Assembly: GCA_964016885.1 (NCBI GenBank)
Contig: OZ024748.1
Location: 33,542,001 to 33,606,000, forward strand
Length of the DNA: 64,000 bases
Reading direction: 5' to 3'
Source of the DNA: Eledone cirrhosa
Taxonomy: Eukaryota
The notes beneath the pieces are model-generated. The model was not told where the DNA came from and did not search any database. It saw nothing but the letters and a program-made list of their open reading frames with translations. Both the position numbers and the translations under genes were made by a program. This document shows, piece after piece, positions 1 through 11,123 of this stretch; within the stretch, counting starts at the first letter, position 1; each line of letters opens with the position of its first letter.

Positions 1-58
1 TACTAAACACTTTAGATTGTGTTTCGCATTTAATCTTCTTTGTCAATTTATTTTCCAT
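1..58 (-). CDS. 5' end of C2H2 zinc-finger gene copy A (continues off the left edge)
   Basis: Minus strand from the ATG at 58 reads [19 protein letters not shown], matching the N-terminus at 50529 ([19 protein letters not shown]). About 480 bp of upstream sequence also matches 26830-27260 and 50530-50890. Confidence 0.8.
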   Translation of the reverse strand, partial: MENKLTKKIKCETQSKVFS

Positions 59-490
59 AATTATTTCTTCTTCAACAGAATATACAAATGTTTTACTTGT
101 AATATTTTTTATATTATATTTCTTATAAAATATTTCTTCTATATTTTCCTCAACTGTGATTTCAGTTAATATCTGAAGATAATACAAACTTCTTTTACAC
201 CCAAGTTTAGTTAAAATACAAAATCATCTCATAGTGAAGAAAATAAACTCAGTTTTGAGGAAATATTTCACAGTAATATGATGAGAGATTTATATAAACA
301 GTGTCATATAAGTTCTGTTTAGAAAGTTTTAGTCTTAAATTGATGATAAATAGAGGTGATGTATCCAAGATTGAAAATAATAATTTATTCCAATGTCATC
401 TGATATTCTGAAATAAGAAAGAAACAGTATAAGATAATAGAGATCACTTAAAATACAGGGATAGATTTAACAGTGGAAACTTTACATTTT

Positions 491-810
491 TACCAGCGTC
501 GAAGACGTTACCTTTTCCCTAATATAAGTCTAAAAAATCTACCAAACGTCCTGGAAGCCGAAGGTTGTTTGAGAGCGGTGGATTGGCAGTATCGGTAGAG
601 GGTCGGACGCCATGCTTTGACGCATAGAGTTACAGCCCTTGCCATTCTGAGTTCAAATCCCGCCGAGGTTAACTTTGCCTTTCATCCTTACGGGGTCGAT
701 AAAATAAAGTACCAGTAATGCACCGGGTGATTGCTGGTCTTGTGCCAAAAGTAGAAACAATTATTTTTTTCCAAATATTGTATCGACTCTGACGCCAGTA
801 AATACGGTAC
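491..810. mobile_element. Degraded pogo/Tigger-like MITE interrupted by a SINE
   Basis: Homologous to the uninterrupted copy at 51350-51488. Right end AAATACGGTA is retained. Confidence 0.55.
571..775 (+). mobile_element. tRNA-derived SINE family 1
   Basis: A-box-like TGGCAGTATCGG, B-box GAGTTCAAATCC, core CTTTGCCTTTCATCCTTACGGGGTCGATAAAAT and ATT tail. Multiple copies in the window. Absent at the paralogous site near 51440. Confidence 0.85.
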
Positions 811-899
811 ATTGGTAAATTGTAGAAATATACTTGTGTGATGTTTATTTATATAAACCAAGGCTATATATATATGTCAAACTACAGCTGCACCATCAC

Positions 900-1265
900 A
901 ATTGTGGTGTCATCTAGTATAGGGCCCCAAAACTGTGGTAACCTTGTGAGATGGGTTTTGCTCAGCTGACTGGCTACCCCTCCCTCCTCATAGTGGTGCC
1001 ACCCAGTACCAGGCCCCAAAACTATGGTAACCTTGTGAGATAGGTTTTGCTCAGCCGACTGGCTACTCCTCCTCATAGTGGCACAGCCAACAGGATCAGC
1101 CCTTCTTGTATCCGTACCATCCAGTACCAGGCCCCAAAACTAAGGTACTCTTGTGAGATGGGTTTGCTGCAGCTGACTGGCCACCCCTCCTCATAGTGGT
1201 GCCACCCAGTACCAGGCCCCAAAATTATAGTTGCACTGTGAGATGGGTTCAGTGCAGCCAACTGG
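900..1265. repeat. Minisatellite, about 85-90 bp unit, about 4 copies
   Basis: Recurrent GGCCCCAAAACTATGGTAACCTTGTGAGATGGG...CCTCCTCATAGTGGTGCCACCCAGTACCA. Paralogous array at 51600-51900. Confidence 0.85.
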
Positions 1266-1453
1266 CCTGTCCCTCCTCATAACAGAGCCATCCAGTTCCA
1301 CACTGTAAACATGGTTCATGTTAGGAAGGGAATCCAGCCGTAAAATACCTGACCAAATTTACAGACCTCGCCTAAGCAAGGTGTGACACATGGCCAACTC
1401 TGGCCAGACTTGCCTCCTGGCATGGATGACCCATCTGACCCATGCAAGAATGG

Positions 1454-1484
<31 letters not shown>

Positions 1485-1920
1485 ACGTTAAATGATGACA
1501 GACATATATATATATATATATATCATCATCATCATCATCATCAACGTTTAACGTCCGTGTTCCACGCTTGCATGGGTTTGGACGGGGGTAGTCCCACTTG
1601 AGGCAAGAGTGATTGTCTTGCTCGCATAGGACTGTCTGGCAGGTTTTCTACAGTTGGATGCCCTTCCTAACACCAACCACATTTACAGTGTGGGTCTGGG
1701 AGGTTTTTACCGTGTTGCCTACACGGCCACATTACAGCGTGGACTGTGTGTTTTTTTGTCGTGACACCTACACGATCTCATTTGTTTCGGCCTCGATGGC
1801 GTGGCACCAACATAACTTTACATAGAACGGGGTGGTGTGGATCGGGTGGGGGTGGTGGTGGTGGGACGGGGTGTATTTTGTTAGAGATGCCTACTGGCTG
1901 GAGTAGGTTTTACTATATAT

Positions 1921-4697
1921 TTAGGTAAGGCGGGTCTTCTCTGTTACTGAGTACCGCCAAAGGTCTCGGTCCAGTGACATTGTCTTGGAGAGGTGTAAGT
2001 GTGTGATGTCGGAGTTTATCAGCTCGTCCCAGGTTTTTCTAGGTCTGCCTATTCCGTGACTACCGTCTATCTTTATTGCCCTGCACTTTGTTATACAGCT
2101 ATCGACTTTCATGCGCATCACGTGTCCATACCAACGTAGCCTTCTCTCGAGTAAACAACATCTGATCCCTCTTATCTCTAATTTTTTCCTTAGTTCGTTT
2201 ATGCTTTGCCGTTCACGTATATTACTGTTACACATCCAGCGGAGCATGCAAGCTTCGTTCCTCTCTAGTCTGCGTATATCCTCTGCACACAATGCCCAGG
2301 TCTCACTGCCATGCAGCATTGCTGTTCGTATGCAGGCATCGTACAACCTGCCTTTCATTTTTAGTGAGAACCCTTTAGCAGCTAATAGTGGTATAAGCTC
2401 TCTGAACTTTTTCCAACCAGTTCTGACTCTAGCTACAGTACTTTCAGAGCACCCTCCACCACTGCTGATTTTATCGCCCAGGTAACGGAAGCTGTCCACT
2501 ATTTCTATAGAACCCTCTGCGCAATTGAAAGAGCTAGTAGTTTGTGGGCACTTGCTGCTACTTATTGCACCAGAGCACCGGCCACATGTAAAATCTATGT
2601 TCTTAGTTAGCTTACCTGTGATCCCACTACATCTTTTATGCACCCATACTTTGCATTTAGGACATAAAATGGAGTTTCTACCTACGCCTTTCCTACACAC
2701 CGAGCACGACCATTTCCCAGAAGGGACCGCCGCCTTGTTTTCTTTCCTACAAACTAGTACTTTGGTCTTAGCCAGGTTAATTTTAAGTCCTTTTGACTCT
2801 AGGCCGTGCTTCCATGTTTGGAATTTCTTCTCTAGCTCGGCCATTGATTCCGCTATGAGTGTCAGGTCGTCTGCGTATAGGAGTTCCCATGGGCAGCCTG
2901 TCTTGAACTCCTCTGTTATAGCCTGAAGGGCAATAATAAATAGTAGTGGACTGAGAACAGAGCCCTGATGGACGCCAACTTTTACGCTAAACTCTTCACT
3001 ATATTCGTTGTTAATTCTAACCTTGCTGACTGTTTCTTTATACATGGCTTGTATAGCCCTCACAAGCCATTCGTCGACGCCTAGTTTTCTAAGAGCCCAC
3101 CAGATAATGGAGCGGGGGACTCTGTCGAAGGCTTTCTCCAAGTCGACAAAAGCTAAGTAGAGGGGTTTACCTTTAGCTAGGTACTTCTCCTGTAGTTGCC
3201 GTACTATGAAAAGAGCGTCTGTGGTACTTTTGCCTGACACAAACCCGAACTGCATTTCATCTAGGTCAATTCTCTCTCTGATTAGTTGCGCTATTACTTT
3301 TTCCGTGACCTTCATGACCTGGTCGATTAATTTAATGCCTCTATAGTTACTCCTATCTAGGGCGTCTCCTTTACCCTTATAACAGTTAACGATGATGCTG
3401 CTATGCCAGTCCTTCGGAACAACCCCATTCTGTACGACTTGGTTAACTATGCGGGTGACCATGGTGTGTCCCACCGTGCCAGATGCCTTCAGCATCTCAG
3501 CAACTATTTCCGAAGGCCCAGCCGCCTTACCAGTCTTCATATCCTTGATTGCCTTACTTATTATACTCCCCTCGACTAACACTGCTGGTCCCTCTATTGG
3601 GTCGATATGGGGGAGACTGCCTTTCTCCCAATTATTCTCCTCATTTAGTAGCCTTTCATAGTGACACTTCCAAGCTACCTTCTTATCAGCGTCGGTGATG
3701 GCAAGTGTGCCATCGTCGTTTAGTACACACTTCTCCCCGACAATATCACGGTTTTCCTTGACGCATTGCCTAGCAATCCTGAACACCTCACGTTTTTGGT
3801 CATCGCGTTGTAGAACATGCTTGAACTTTCTTTCCTCAGCTTCCCTTCTTGCTAAGTACACTTGTCTCCTAGCTTCCCTCCTGGCCACTTGATAGTCCTC
3901 TCTACTTCCCCCATCCCGCCATACTTTCCAAGCCTGCTTTTTGGCCTTAATTGACCCCTCCACCTTACTGTTCCACCACCATGTTACTCTCCTCCTGCCT
4001 ACAGGCCTGCTCCAGCCACAGACCTCGTCTGTCGCCAACAGCAGGTTTGCTTTCAGAAATTCCCACTCTCCCTCTATATTGTCCGACTCTAAATGTTCTT
4101 CCTTACTGTCGAAAGCATCAAGTAATATGCTTTGAAATTTATTCCTGGCTGTGGGGTCCTTTAGCTTCCATATTTTCCTCCTGAGGATAGTCCTCTTCTG
4201 TTGTCGAGTACGTCTCGTCCTGACTATGAGGTCGCTAATTATCAGTCTATGTTGGGAGGTGCATTCTTCATGGGGGAGGGATTTAGTGTTAACAACAGAC
4301 ACTCTGTCACGTCTTCTGGTAAGGATATAATCTACCTGGCTTGTGTGTTCCCCGGATCTATAGGTGATCAGGTGATTGTCACGTTTTTTGAAGTTAGTGT
4401 TACAGATAGTTAGGTTATTTGCATCACAGAATTCCAGGATTCTGGCGCCTTCCTCATTTCTAGTACCAAACCCATAGCCTCCATGGATTTCGTCGTAGCC
4501 GTCACAATGTTGTCCAACGTGACCATTTAGGTCGCCTGCGATAATTATATAGTCACTGTCGGATATTTGGGAGGTAGTTAGCATCAGTGTCTCATAGAAT
4601 CTGTCTTTTATAGTGCCGGGCAGTCCGGATTGGGGTGCGTACGCAGATATTACTGTCACCGTAGTTCTATTGAGGACAAGTCGTATTTTAATTATTC
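1921..4697 (-). CDS. RTE ORF: N-truncated AP endonuclease, reverse transcriptase and internal PHD finger
   Basis: APE motifs SAYAPQ, GDLNGHVG, QVDYIL, SQHRL. RT motifs NYRGIKL, QFGF, FVDLEKAFDRV, GVHQGSVLSP, YADD. C4HC3 finger. RTE C-terminus RLRWYGHV..GRPRKTW. About 920 aa without stops. Confidence 0.92.
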
Positions 4698-4975
4698 TAA
4701 AATACGACTTGTCCTCAATAGAACTACGGTGACAGTAATATCTGCGTACGCACCCCAATCCGGACTGCCCGGCACTATAAAAGACAGATTCTATGAGACA
4801 CTGATGCTAACTACCTCCCAAATATCCGACAGTGACTATATAATTATCGCAGGCGACCTAAATGGTCACGTTGGACAACATTGTGACGGCTACGACGAAA
4901 TCCATGGAGGCTATGGGTTTGGTACTAGAAATGAGGAAGGCGCCAGAATCCTGGAATTCTGTGATGCAAATAACC
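4413..4975. repeat. Perfect inverted repeat: 278-bp arms (4413-4690 and 4698-4975), 7-nt loop ATTATTC
   Basis: Arms read as exact reverse complements, and the ORF track gives the same peptide on both strands. Confidence 0.95.
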
Positions 4976-5239
4976 ATATATATATATATATATATCCCAC
5001 CCACACTGGCATGTAAAAGACACAGCAAAAAGCACCCAGCCCACACTGTTAAGTGGACATGTAGGTGCGTCCACACTGTCAATGTGGTTGGCGTTAGGAA
5101 GGGCATCTAGCCGTAGAAAGCTAGCCAGAAACACCCCTATATGAGTGAGACACGGTCACCTGACCCAAATTGCCTCTAAATGGGACCCGTCTAACCCATG
5201 CTAGCATGGAAGATGGATGTTAATTGATGATGATGATGA

Positions 5240-5424
5240 TATATAATAAAATGTAGTTTCCTTGAAGCATTATATATAATATATAATGTTGAAAGAGGTA
5301 GAAGGCTAAACAATGCAAAATGGACTGTAAGATGAGGTAAGGAAAAGTGAAAGTTACCTGGTAATATTTGTTTTGTTTTTTTATTGTCCAATATTGCGAG
5401 ACCTAAAAGTCCTTTCTTCAGGGT
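5240..5424 (-). mobile_element. Penelope-like pLTR remnant with a decayed minimal hammerhead
   Basis: Minus strand CC-CTGAAGA-AA-GGAC-TTTTAG-GTCT-C-GCAA-TATT-GG. The paralog at 52653-52684 retains GAAA. Confidence 0.5.
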
Positions 5425-5425
5425 T

Positions 5426-5632
5426 TTAACATTTACATTACTACATATATACTATTATATTTCCATGGTAAAGGCTTTACCTCACATATGTCACATAATA
5501 TCGAATCTATGAGATTTTGATATTATTTATATTGAAAACAATATCTTAACATCAGTATGAGCGGCAAATTACGGCTGGTTTGAAACGAAAAAGGGGACAA
5601 CATTCTGGCCAGTTTTAACGTTAAAAGGTTAA
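5426..5632. mobile_element. piggyBac-type TTAA MITE (left end eroded)
   Basis: Homologous to 37504-37719. Ends AAAGGTTAA. Confidence 0.6.
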
Positions 5633-5730
5633 GCAACTTTCAGTGGATAATGTTCCAATTTCCTCTCTTTGGGATTAAATTTTGATTTTGATTAAAATTT
5701 TTTCTAAGTTGTTTCCAAGAGTTTTAGAAA

Positions 5731-6345
5731 ATTGATGGAAGCTATGGAGTCGGAAGGCCTGGGATGAGGTGATAAAAGCTGACCTCACACAATTGATGGA
5801 AGTAGGAAGACCTAGGATGAGTTGATAAAAGCTGACCTCACACAATTGATGGAAGCTATGGAGTAGGAAGACCTGGGATGAGTTGATAAAAGCTGACCTC
5901 ACACGATTGAAGCTATGGAGTAGGAAGACCTAGTTTGAGGTGATAAAAGCTGACCTCACACAATTGATGGAAGCTGTAGAGTAGGAAGACCTGGGGTGAG
6001 GTGATAAAAGCTGACCTGACACATTTGATGGAAGCTATGGAGTAGGAAGACCTAGGATGAGGTGATAAAAGCTGACCTCACACAATTGATGGAAGCTGTG
6101 AAGTAGGAAGACCTAGTTTGAGGTGATAAAAGCTGACTTCAAATAATTGATGGAAGCTATGGAGTAGGAAGACTTGGGATGAGGTGATAAAAGCTGACCT
6201 CACACAATTGATGGAAGCTATGGAGTAGGAAGACCTGGGATGAGGTGATAAAAGCTGACCTCACACAATTGCACTTCTCAAAGACAATGACACAGGATCG
6301 AGATCTTTGGCGTTATACAGTAATATAGAAGACCAGCTTTCCCTA
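5731..6345 (+). repeat. About 60-bp minisatellite (about 9 copies) derived from the 3' end of an RTE ORF
   Basis: Unit ATTGATGGAAGCTATGGAGTAGGAAGACCTGGGATGAGGTGATAAAAGCTGACCTCACACA corresponds to RTE IDGS.G.GR..TWDEVIKADLT and runs on into the single-copy RTE end. Only 2 units in the paralog at 53548-53670. Confidence 0.85.
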
Positions 6346-6689
6346 GCATTGGTATCAATGACTCCCACATGGACATCAATACACATCTGTATATACACAC
6401 CTAAAAAATCGAAGACCCTTGTCGGTCACAAATGACCATGTGATTTGCAACTAGAAAGTTCCCTTCCAAAGCACAAGTCCGGTTGTTTGAGGAAGACCAG
6501 CAGTTGCCCATGTATACCAGTCTCCCCACTCCACACCACCGATGTTGTCCAAGGGAAAGGTAATGGCTGATATAGCTTGGTACCAGTGACATCACAACAT
6601 ATATATACACTATATATATATATATAGGGCATCCAACCAGTGTATCAATGCCAAAACGATTATAAGCACAGCAACAAGTATATAGGATC

Positions 6690-7177
6690 AACAAAGGCCG
6701 GTTATATGATGCCTGTGTGAGGAGCGCGATGCTGCATGGTAGTGAGACATGGGCAGCAACTGCCGAGGATATGCGACGACTGGAGAGAAATGAGGCAAGC
6801 ATGCTCCGTTGGATGTGCAATGTCAATGTGTGTGAACGACCCAACATGAATGTGTTGAGAGAGAAACTGTGTCTGGGAGGGATAGAATGTAGTGCATGAG
6901 AGAGGAGACTGAGGTGGTATGGGCATGTGATGCGCATAGAGGATGACCGATGCGTGAAGAAGTGCCAGGAAATGCCAGTTGAAGGTAGATGTGGTAGAGG
7001 TAGACCACGAAAAACATGGGCGGAGGTGGTGAGAACAGACCTCAGATCGCTGAAGCTCACAGTGGAGATGATGAAGGACCGTGACAAGTGGAGAGATGCT
7101 GTGCTGAATAAGACCCGCTCCACCCTTGCAAGCAGGAAGAAGCGGATGTAAAATGATGATGATGATGATGATGATGG
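6690..7177 (+). mobile_element. RTE LINE 3' fragment (second family)
   Basis: MLHGSETW..RLERNEASMLRWMC..GRPRKTW with a (GAT)n tail. Near-identical to 35375-35830 and absent from paralog C. Confidence 0.88.
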
Positions 7178-7486
7178 TAATTATATATATATATTATACA
7201 CTATATATGTTGTCCAAGGGAAAGGCAATGGCTGATACAGCTTGACACCAGTGACATCACAACATATATATACACTATATATATATATATATACACTGTA
7301 TACAATATATATTATACACTATATATGTTGTCCAAGGGAAAGGCAATGGCTGATACAGCTTGGCACCAGTGACATCACAACATAGTTATATATAACTTAT
7401 ATCTCAGACTTCCATAGATTATTTCTATTCTACAGCTATCTCTCTTCTCCAATTTCAAAATTGTTTACATTATTATTATTATCATT

Positions 7487-7690
7487 GGGCGGTGGATTGG
7501 CAGTATCGGTAGAGGGTCGGACGCCATGCTGTCCAGCATAGTTACGTCCCTTTACGATCTGAGTTCAAATCCCGCCGAGGTTGACTTTGCCTTTCATCCT
7601 TACAGAGGTCGATAAAATAAAGTACCAGTAATGCACTGGGTAATTGCTGGCCTTGTGCCTAAAGTAGAAACAATTATTATTATTATCATT
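7487..7690 (+). mobile_element. SINE family 1
   Basis: Same sequence as 571-775. Absent from the paralogous position near 54575. Confidence 0.85.
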
Positions 7691-8548
7691 CACTGGTTTC
7701 CACAACGTATATACTTTGACCTTGTTTTTGATAGAAACCATGTTCGACATTGTCTCTTTCTCTACAAACTCATCCCTAACCTCCCCTTTCTCTCACTCAT
7801 TCATTTCGGTGTTTACAAAGCTAGTTGACCATATTCGAAATTCTTGCGTATCTGCCTTGTCTAATATGCCTACTTATATCTGCTTATTTCACCCGAATCT
7901 CCTGTGATGATATATGTCATGATGGCTACCTATCTCACAATGTCCCACTCACCAACAGGCTATTTGACCAATCAAACCTCAGCAACATGTCCTTACCCAT
8001 TACCAGCCCCAACAAACTCTGCCATTAATACTACTGTCCTTCTAGCCCTTATTAGCCCCAACAAACTCTGCCATTGCTACTACTGTCCTTCTAGCCCTTA
8101 CCAGCCCCAACAAACTCTGCCATTACTACTACTGTCCTTCTAGCCCTGCACCAAAGAATTCTTGTTTACCGTTATCTATGGAGGAGCGAAGGATAAATGG
8201 AACAACCCCAAGTAAATAAATGAATATGAATCCGCGAGTTACCAAGCACCCGTGCGAAGCTTTAATTCAGATATAGGAAGCATACACACTCCCCCGCAAA
8301 AATTCACCCTCTCCTACAAATGATGGCAAATATCCAAAACTCTGAGTTGGCAGCATCAACATAAGCACAATGAATGGAAAGGCAGGAGAAATTATAGATA
8401 TGCTAGAGTGAAAGAATATTGACGTATGTTGTGCGCAAGAGTCTAGATGGAGAGGAGAGTCCCCGCTAGAGTCCTTGTAGGTAAAAGTTAGTGCTATGAA
8501 ATTTTCTGAGTGGGAAATGACAACGGGATCGGTGTTGTAGGCATACTA
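7690..8548 (+). mobile_element. 5' UTR and start of an RTE ORF (remainder deleted)
   Basis: LRVGSINISTMNGK..IDVCCAQESRWRG is an APE N-terminus. Paralog of 54585-55400. Confidence 0.7.
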
Positions 8549-9159
8549 AGGCTATGGGCGATACAGCTTGATGCCAGTGACATCATAACTCATTTCTACA
8601 GCTGAGTAAACTAGAGCAACGTGAAATAGAGTGTCTTGCTCAAGGACACAACATATCACCCGGTCCGAGAATCGAACTCACCACCTTTTGATAGTAAGCC
8701 CAATGCTCTAACCACTAAGCCATGATACCTTCCAGAACCAACGCTGATATAAAGAGACCATAAAGACAACCGTTGTTTTCATAGTTTAAGTCTTAAAATA
8801 CCTCTCATACATGCTTTAAGTACATATAAACTCATTAAAACACACTTTTGTATTTAAACACCAAAAACAGCCAGTAACGATTGTATAGAAACTACCACCA
8901 ACCATCGTACCACTAGTTACCAATGAGGACCATTGCCAGCCATGGTAGCCACTTGGTAATACACTGCACTTCTCCTGTCAAGCTATGAAGGGTTGGTAGT
9001 AGATTAGAGAAAAACACAATCAGTAAAACAGTAATGGAATGAAAAATAGAAACATTCTTTCATAGTTAAAGCCTTAAGGTGTCCCTTCCTTACGATATAC
9101 ACTTTAATAACATTGAAACTTATTTAATAAGTTTAAAATTTAAACATTTTTTTATTCAG

Positions 9160-9313
9160 ACGTACCGCGATAAGAAAATAGACATGTTTCTAACGAAAAA
9201 TCCGCGATGTGGCGAGGATTACCGCGATAGGAAATTAGATACGTTCCAAATAAATATCCGCGATGTAACGGGACCGCGAAATGTGAACAGCGATATAGCG
9301 GGGGATTACTGTA
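9160..9313. mobile_element. Tigger/pogo-like terminal fragment
   Basis: CpG-rich end reading CAGTAATCCCCCGCTATATCGC on the minus strand next to TA. Paralog at 60376-60467. Confidence 0.5.
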
Positions 9314-9734
9314 CACACACACAACATACATCTATCTATATACACTCGTAATATTTATTTCTGACTGAGGGTGCGACAACTGTTTCTTGTTTGAGGTTGT
9401 TCCAATGGTTGAAATATAGAACGAGGTATTTTAAATAATTGTTTCTACTTTAGGCACAAGGCCAGCAATTACCCAGTTCATAAATAATAAAGACAGTCAC
9501 GATAACAATATATTTTATATCACATGTAACAGTGGAATCTGGTGATTGAGAAATAACACATTAACATTTCAGTTTGGAAGTTTTTTTTCTATATATAAAA
9601 GTGGAGGAAGAAATATATTTTTATAATGTTGTTATATATATTTTCACTTGCATATAATTACTGGATCGTTGTAGGGTTCACATAATGATATTATTTACAC
9701 ACATTAATATAGATATTTAAGTAAATCTTTGTCA

Positions 9735-9950
9735 ACTTACCTCCTTCAGATATAATCAATGTGTTGTGTTGTTAGTTTTTACTAAACAACCAAAGAAATA
9801 ATCTTTGTTATGAAATTAGAAGTTTCAAAGATGTTATCAGCTTTATTTCACGACATTACGTTGGTGTATCTTATTCATCTTTAGTCATAAATTGATATCT
9901 TGTCAGAATGAAGTAGTGAGGCTGACTTTATGTCGTTAGCTACAGATTTG
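9735..9950 (-). promoter_or_regulatory. Putative 5' non-coding exon and splice donor of ZNF copy A
   Basis: Consensus donor AG|GTAAGT at 9740-9735, inside a non-TE block conserved upstream of all three ZNF copies (41930, 60863). Confidence 0.55.
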
Positions 9951-10867
9951 ATAGGAAATATATATATATTAGGTTGATATGTGGTCTAAAATATATATAT
10001 TGTCTATAATTGACTGATAGATGTTCTGGTGAAATAGTAGTTTTACTACTACAGATTGAAATGGAACTCTTGGTAGACACAATTGTAAAGTAAGAATAGA
10101 TATGACAGTGTAAGACTGGTGTCGGGGAATTAAAATTGTATATATATATAATTGTTACACAAGATATAATTAGATTAATTAAAGTTATAATGAAGACAGC
10201 AGGTACTCGGTGTCGTTGGGAATGTTTCAACTTTCGTACCGGTGTCATACATTAAAAGTCCCTGATATAATTGAATACCTTCAGACACAGTTCCAATCGT
10301 ATTTAATTTATTGTAAATCAGAAAGTATCACTCAATAAAATATCAATTATATATCAATAAGAAAACCTCTGCGTAGTCTCTCTAACTGCTAGAAATAGCA
10401 GTGATATCATCCATTACAACTGCTCTCTCTCTCTCCATATATATATACACACACATATGTATGTATATGTGTATATATGGGTATGTATGAGTATGTGTGT
10501 GTGTTTGCACGTATGTATAGTGTGTATATCTATCTGTACATAGGGTTTTGGTATATGTACGTTTGGTGAACATATGTGTATTTACCTGTAGGTATGTGTG
10601 TTCTAGGTGGGTTCTATACGCACTTATGCGTGTATATTTATATATGTATTTATAATTATATGTATATACACACACACAAACATATATTTATGTGTATTTG
10701 GTGTATACGTTCGAACGTGTGCGGGTATATGTGTCGCGCCGGTTTACGTCCGTGTGCGCGTGTTTATGTGTTCGTGCATGTATATGCATGCATGCCGTGT
10801 GTTTTCGCGTATGCACCTGTATAAATGTGTGTATGTATATATTTAATTATTAGTTTTATGGATGGTC

Positions 10868-10975
10868 TGAGTTCAAATCTCGCCCAGGTTAACTTTACCT
10901 TTCATCCTTACGGGGTCAATAAAATAAAGTACCAGTAATGTACTGGACTTGTGCCAAAAAGTAGAAATAATCATT
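10868..10975 (+). mobile_element. 5'-truncated SINE family 1
   Basis: B-box, core and tail match 571-775. Confidence 0.75.
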
Positions 10976-11123
10976 AGTTTTATGATTTTAATAACCTCTG
11001 TCGTTTTCATTCAATTAATTTATTTACATTATTCTCAACTCCGAAGCCGTGAGTCATTCGGTTTCCTAAATAGTATATTAGTCTACAACTTCATTTATAC
11101 CACAAACGTGGTTTTGTCTTTAC

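Larger units (their letters stand above)
1523..4975 (-). mobile_element. Young 5'-truncated RTE-clade LINE with a 5' fold-back duplication
   Basis: Uninterrupted ORF, 3' UTR and (TGA)n tail at 1523-1541. (TA)n on both sides acts as the TSD. Empty site in the paralog near 52120-52140. Confidence 0.93.
6410..8725 (-). mobile_element. SINE family 2 (CORE/V-like), split by internal tandem amplification and nested insertions
   Basis: tRNA-like head at 8590-8725 (TGGCTTAGTGG, GAGTTCGATTC, GTGTCCTTGAGCAAGACAC) and tail at 6410-6600. A 55-57 bp body segment is repeated at 6544, 7208, 7326 and 8549. Confidence 0.7.

Noticed and set aside
571-670. tRNA genes at SINE heads (also 7487, 8650, 24000, 47170, 57380)
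   Set aside because: A/B boxes are present, but each is joined to a SINE core and tail, and I could not fold a convincing cloverleaf.
4630-5016. 128-aa + strand ORF, and the first about 20 aa of ORF 1921-4758, as real proteins
   Set aside because: Both are by-products of reading across the palindrome. The start is a TTG inside the opposite arm.
7690-8330. HDV-like ribozyme in the RTE 5' UTR
   Set aside because: Known for some RTEs, but I could not trace the nested double pseudoknot by eye. It needs a descriptor search.
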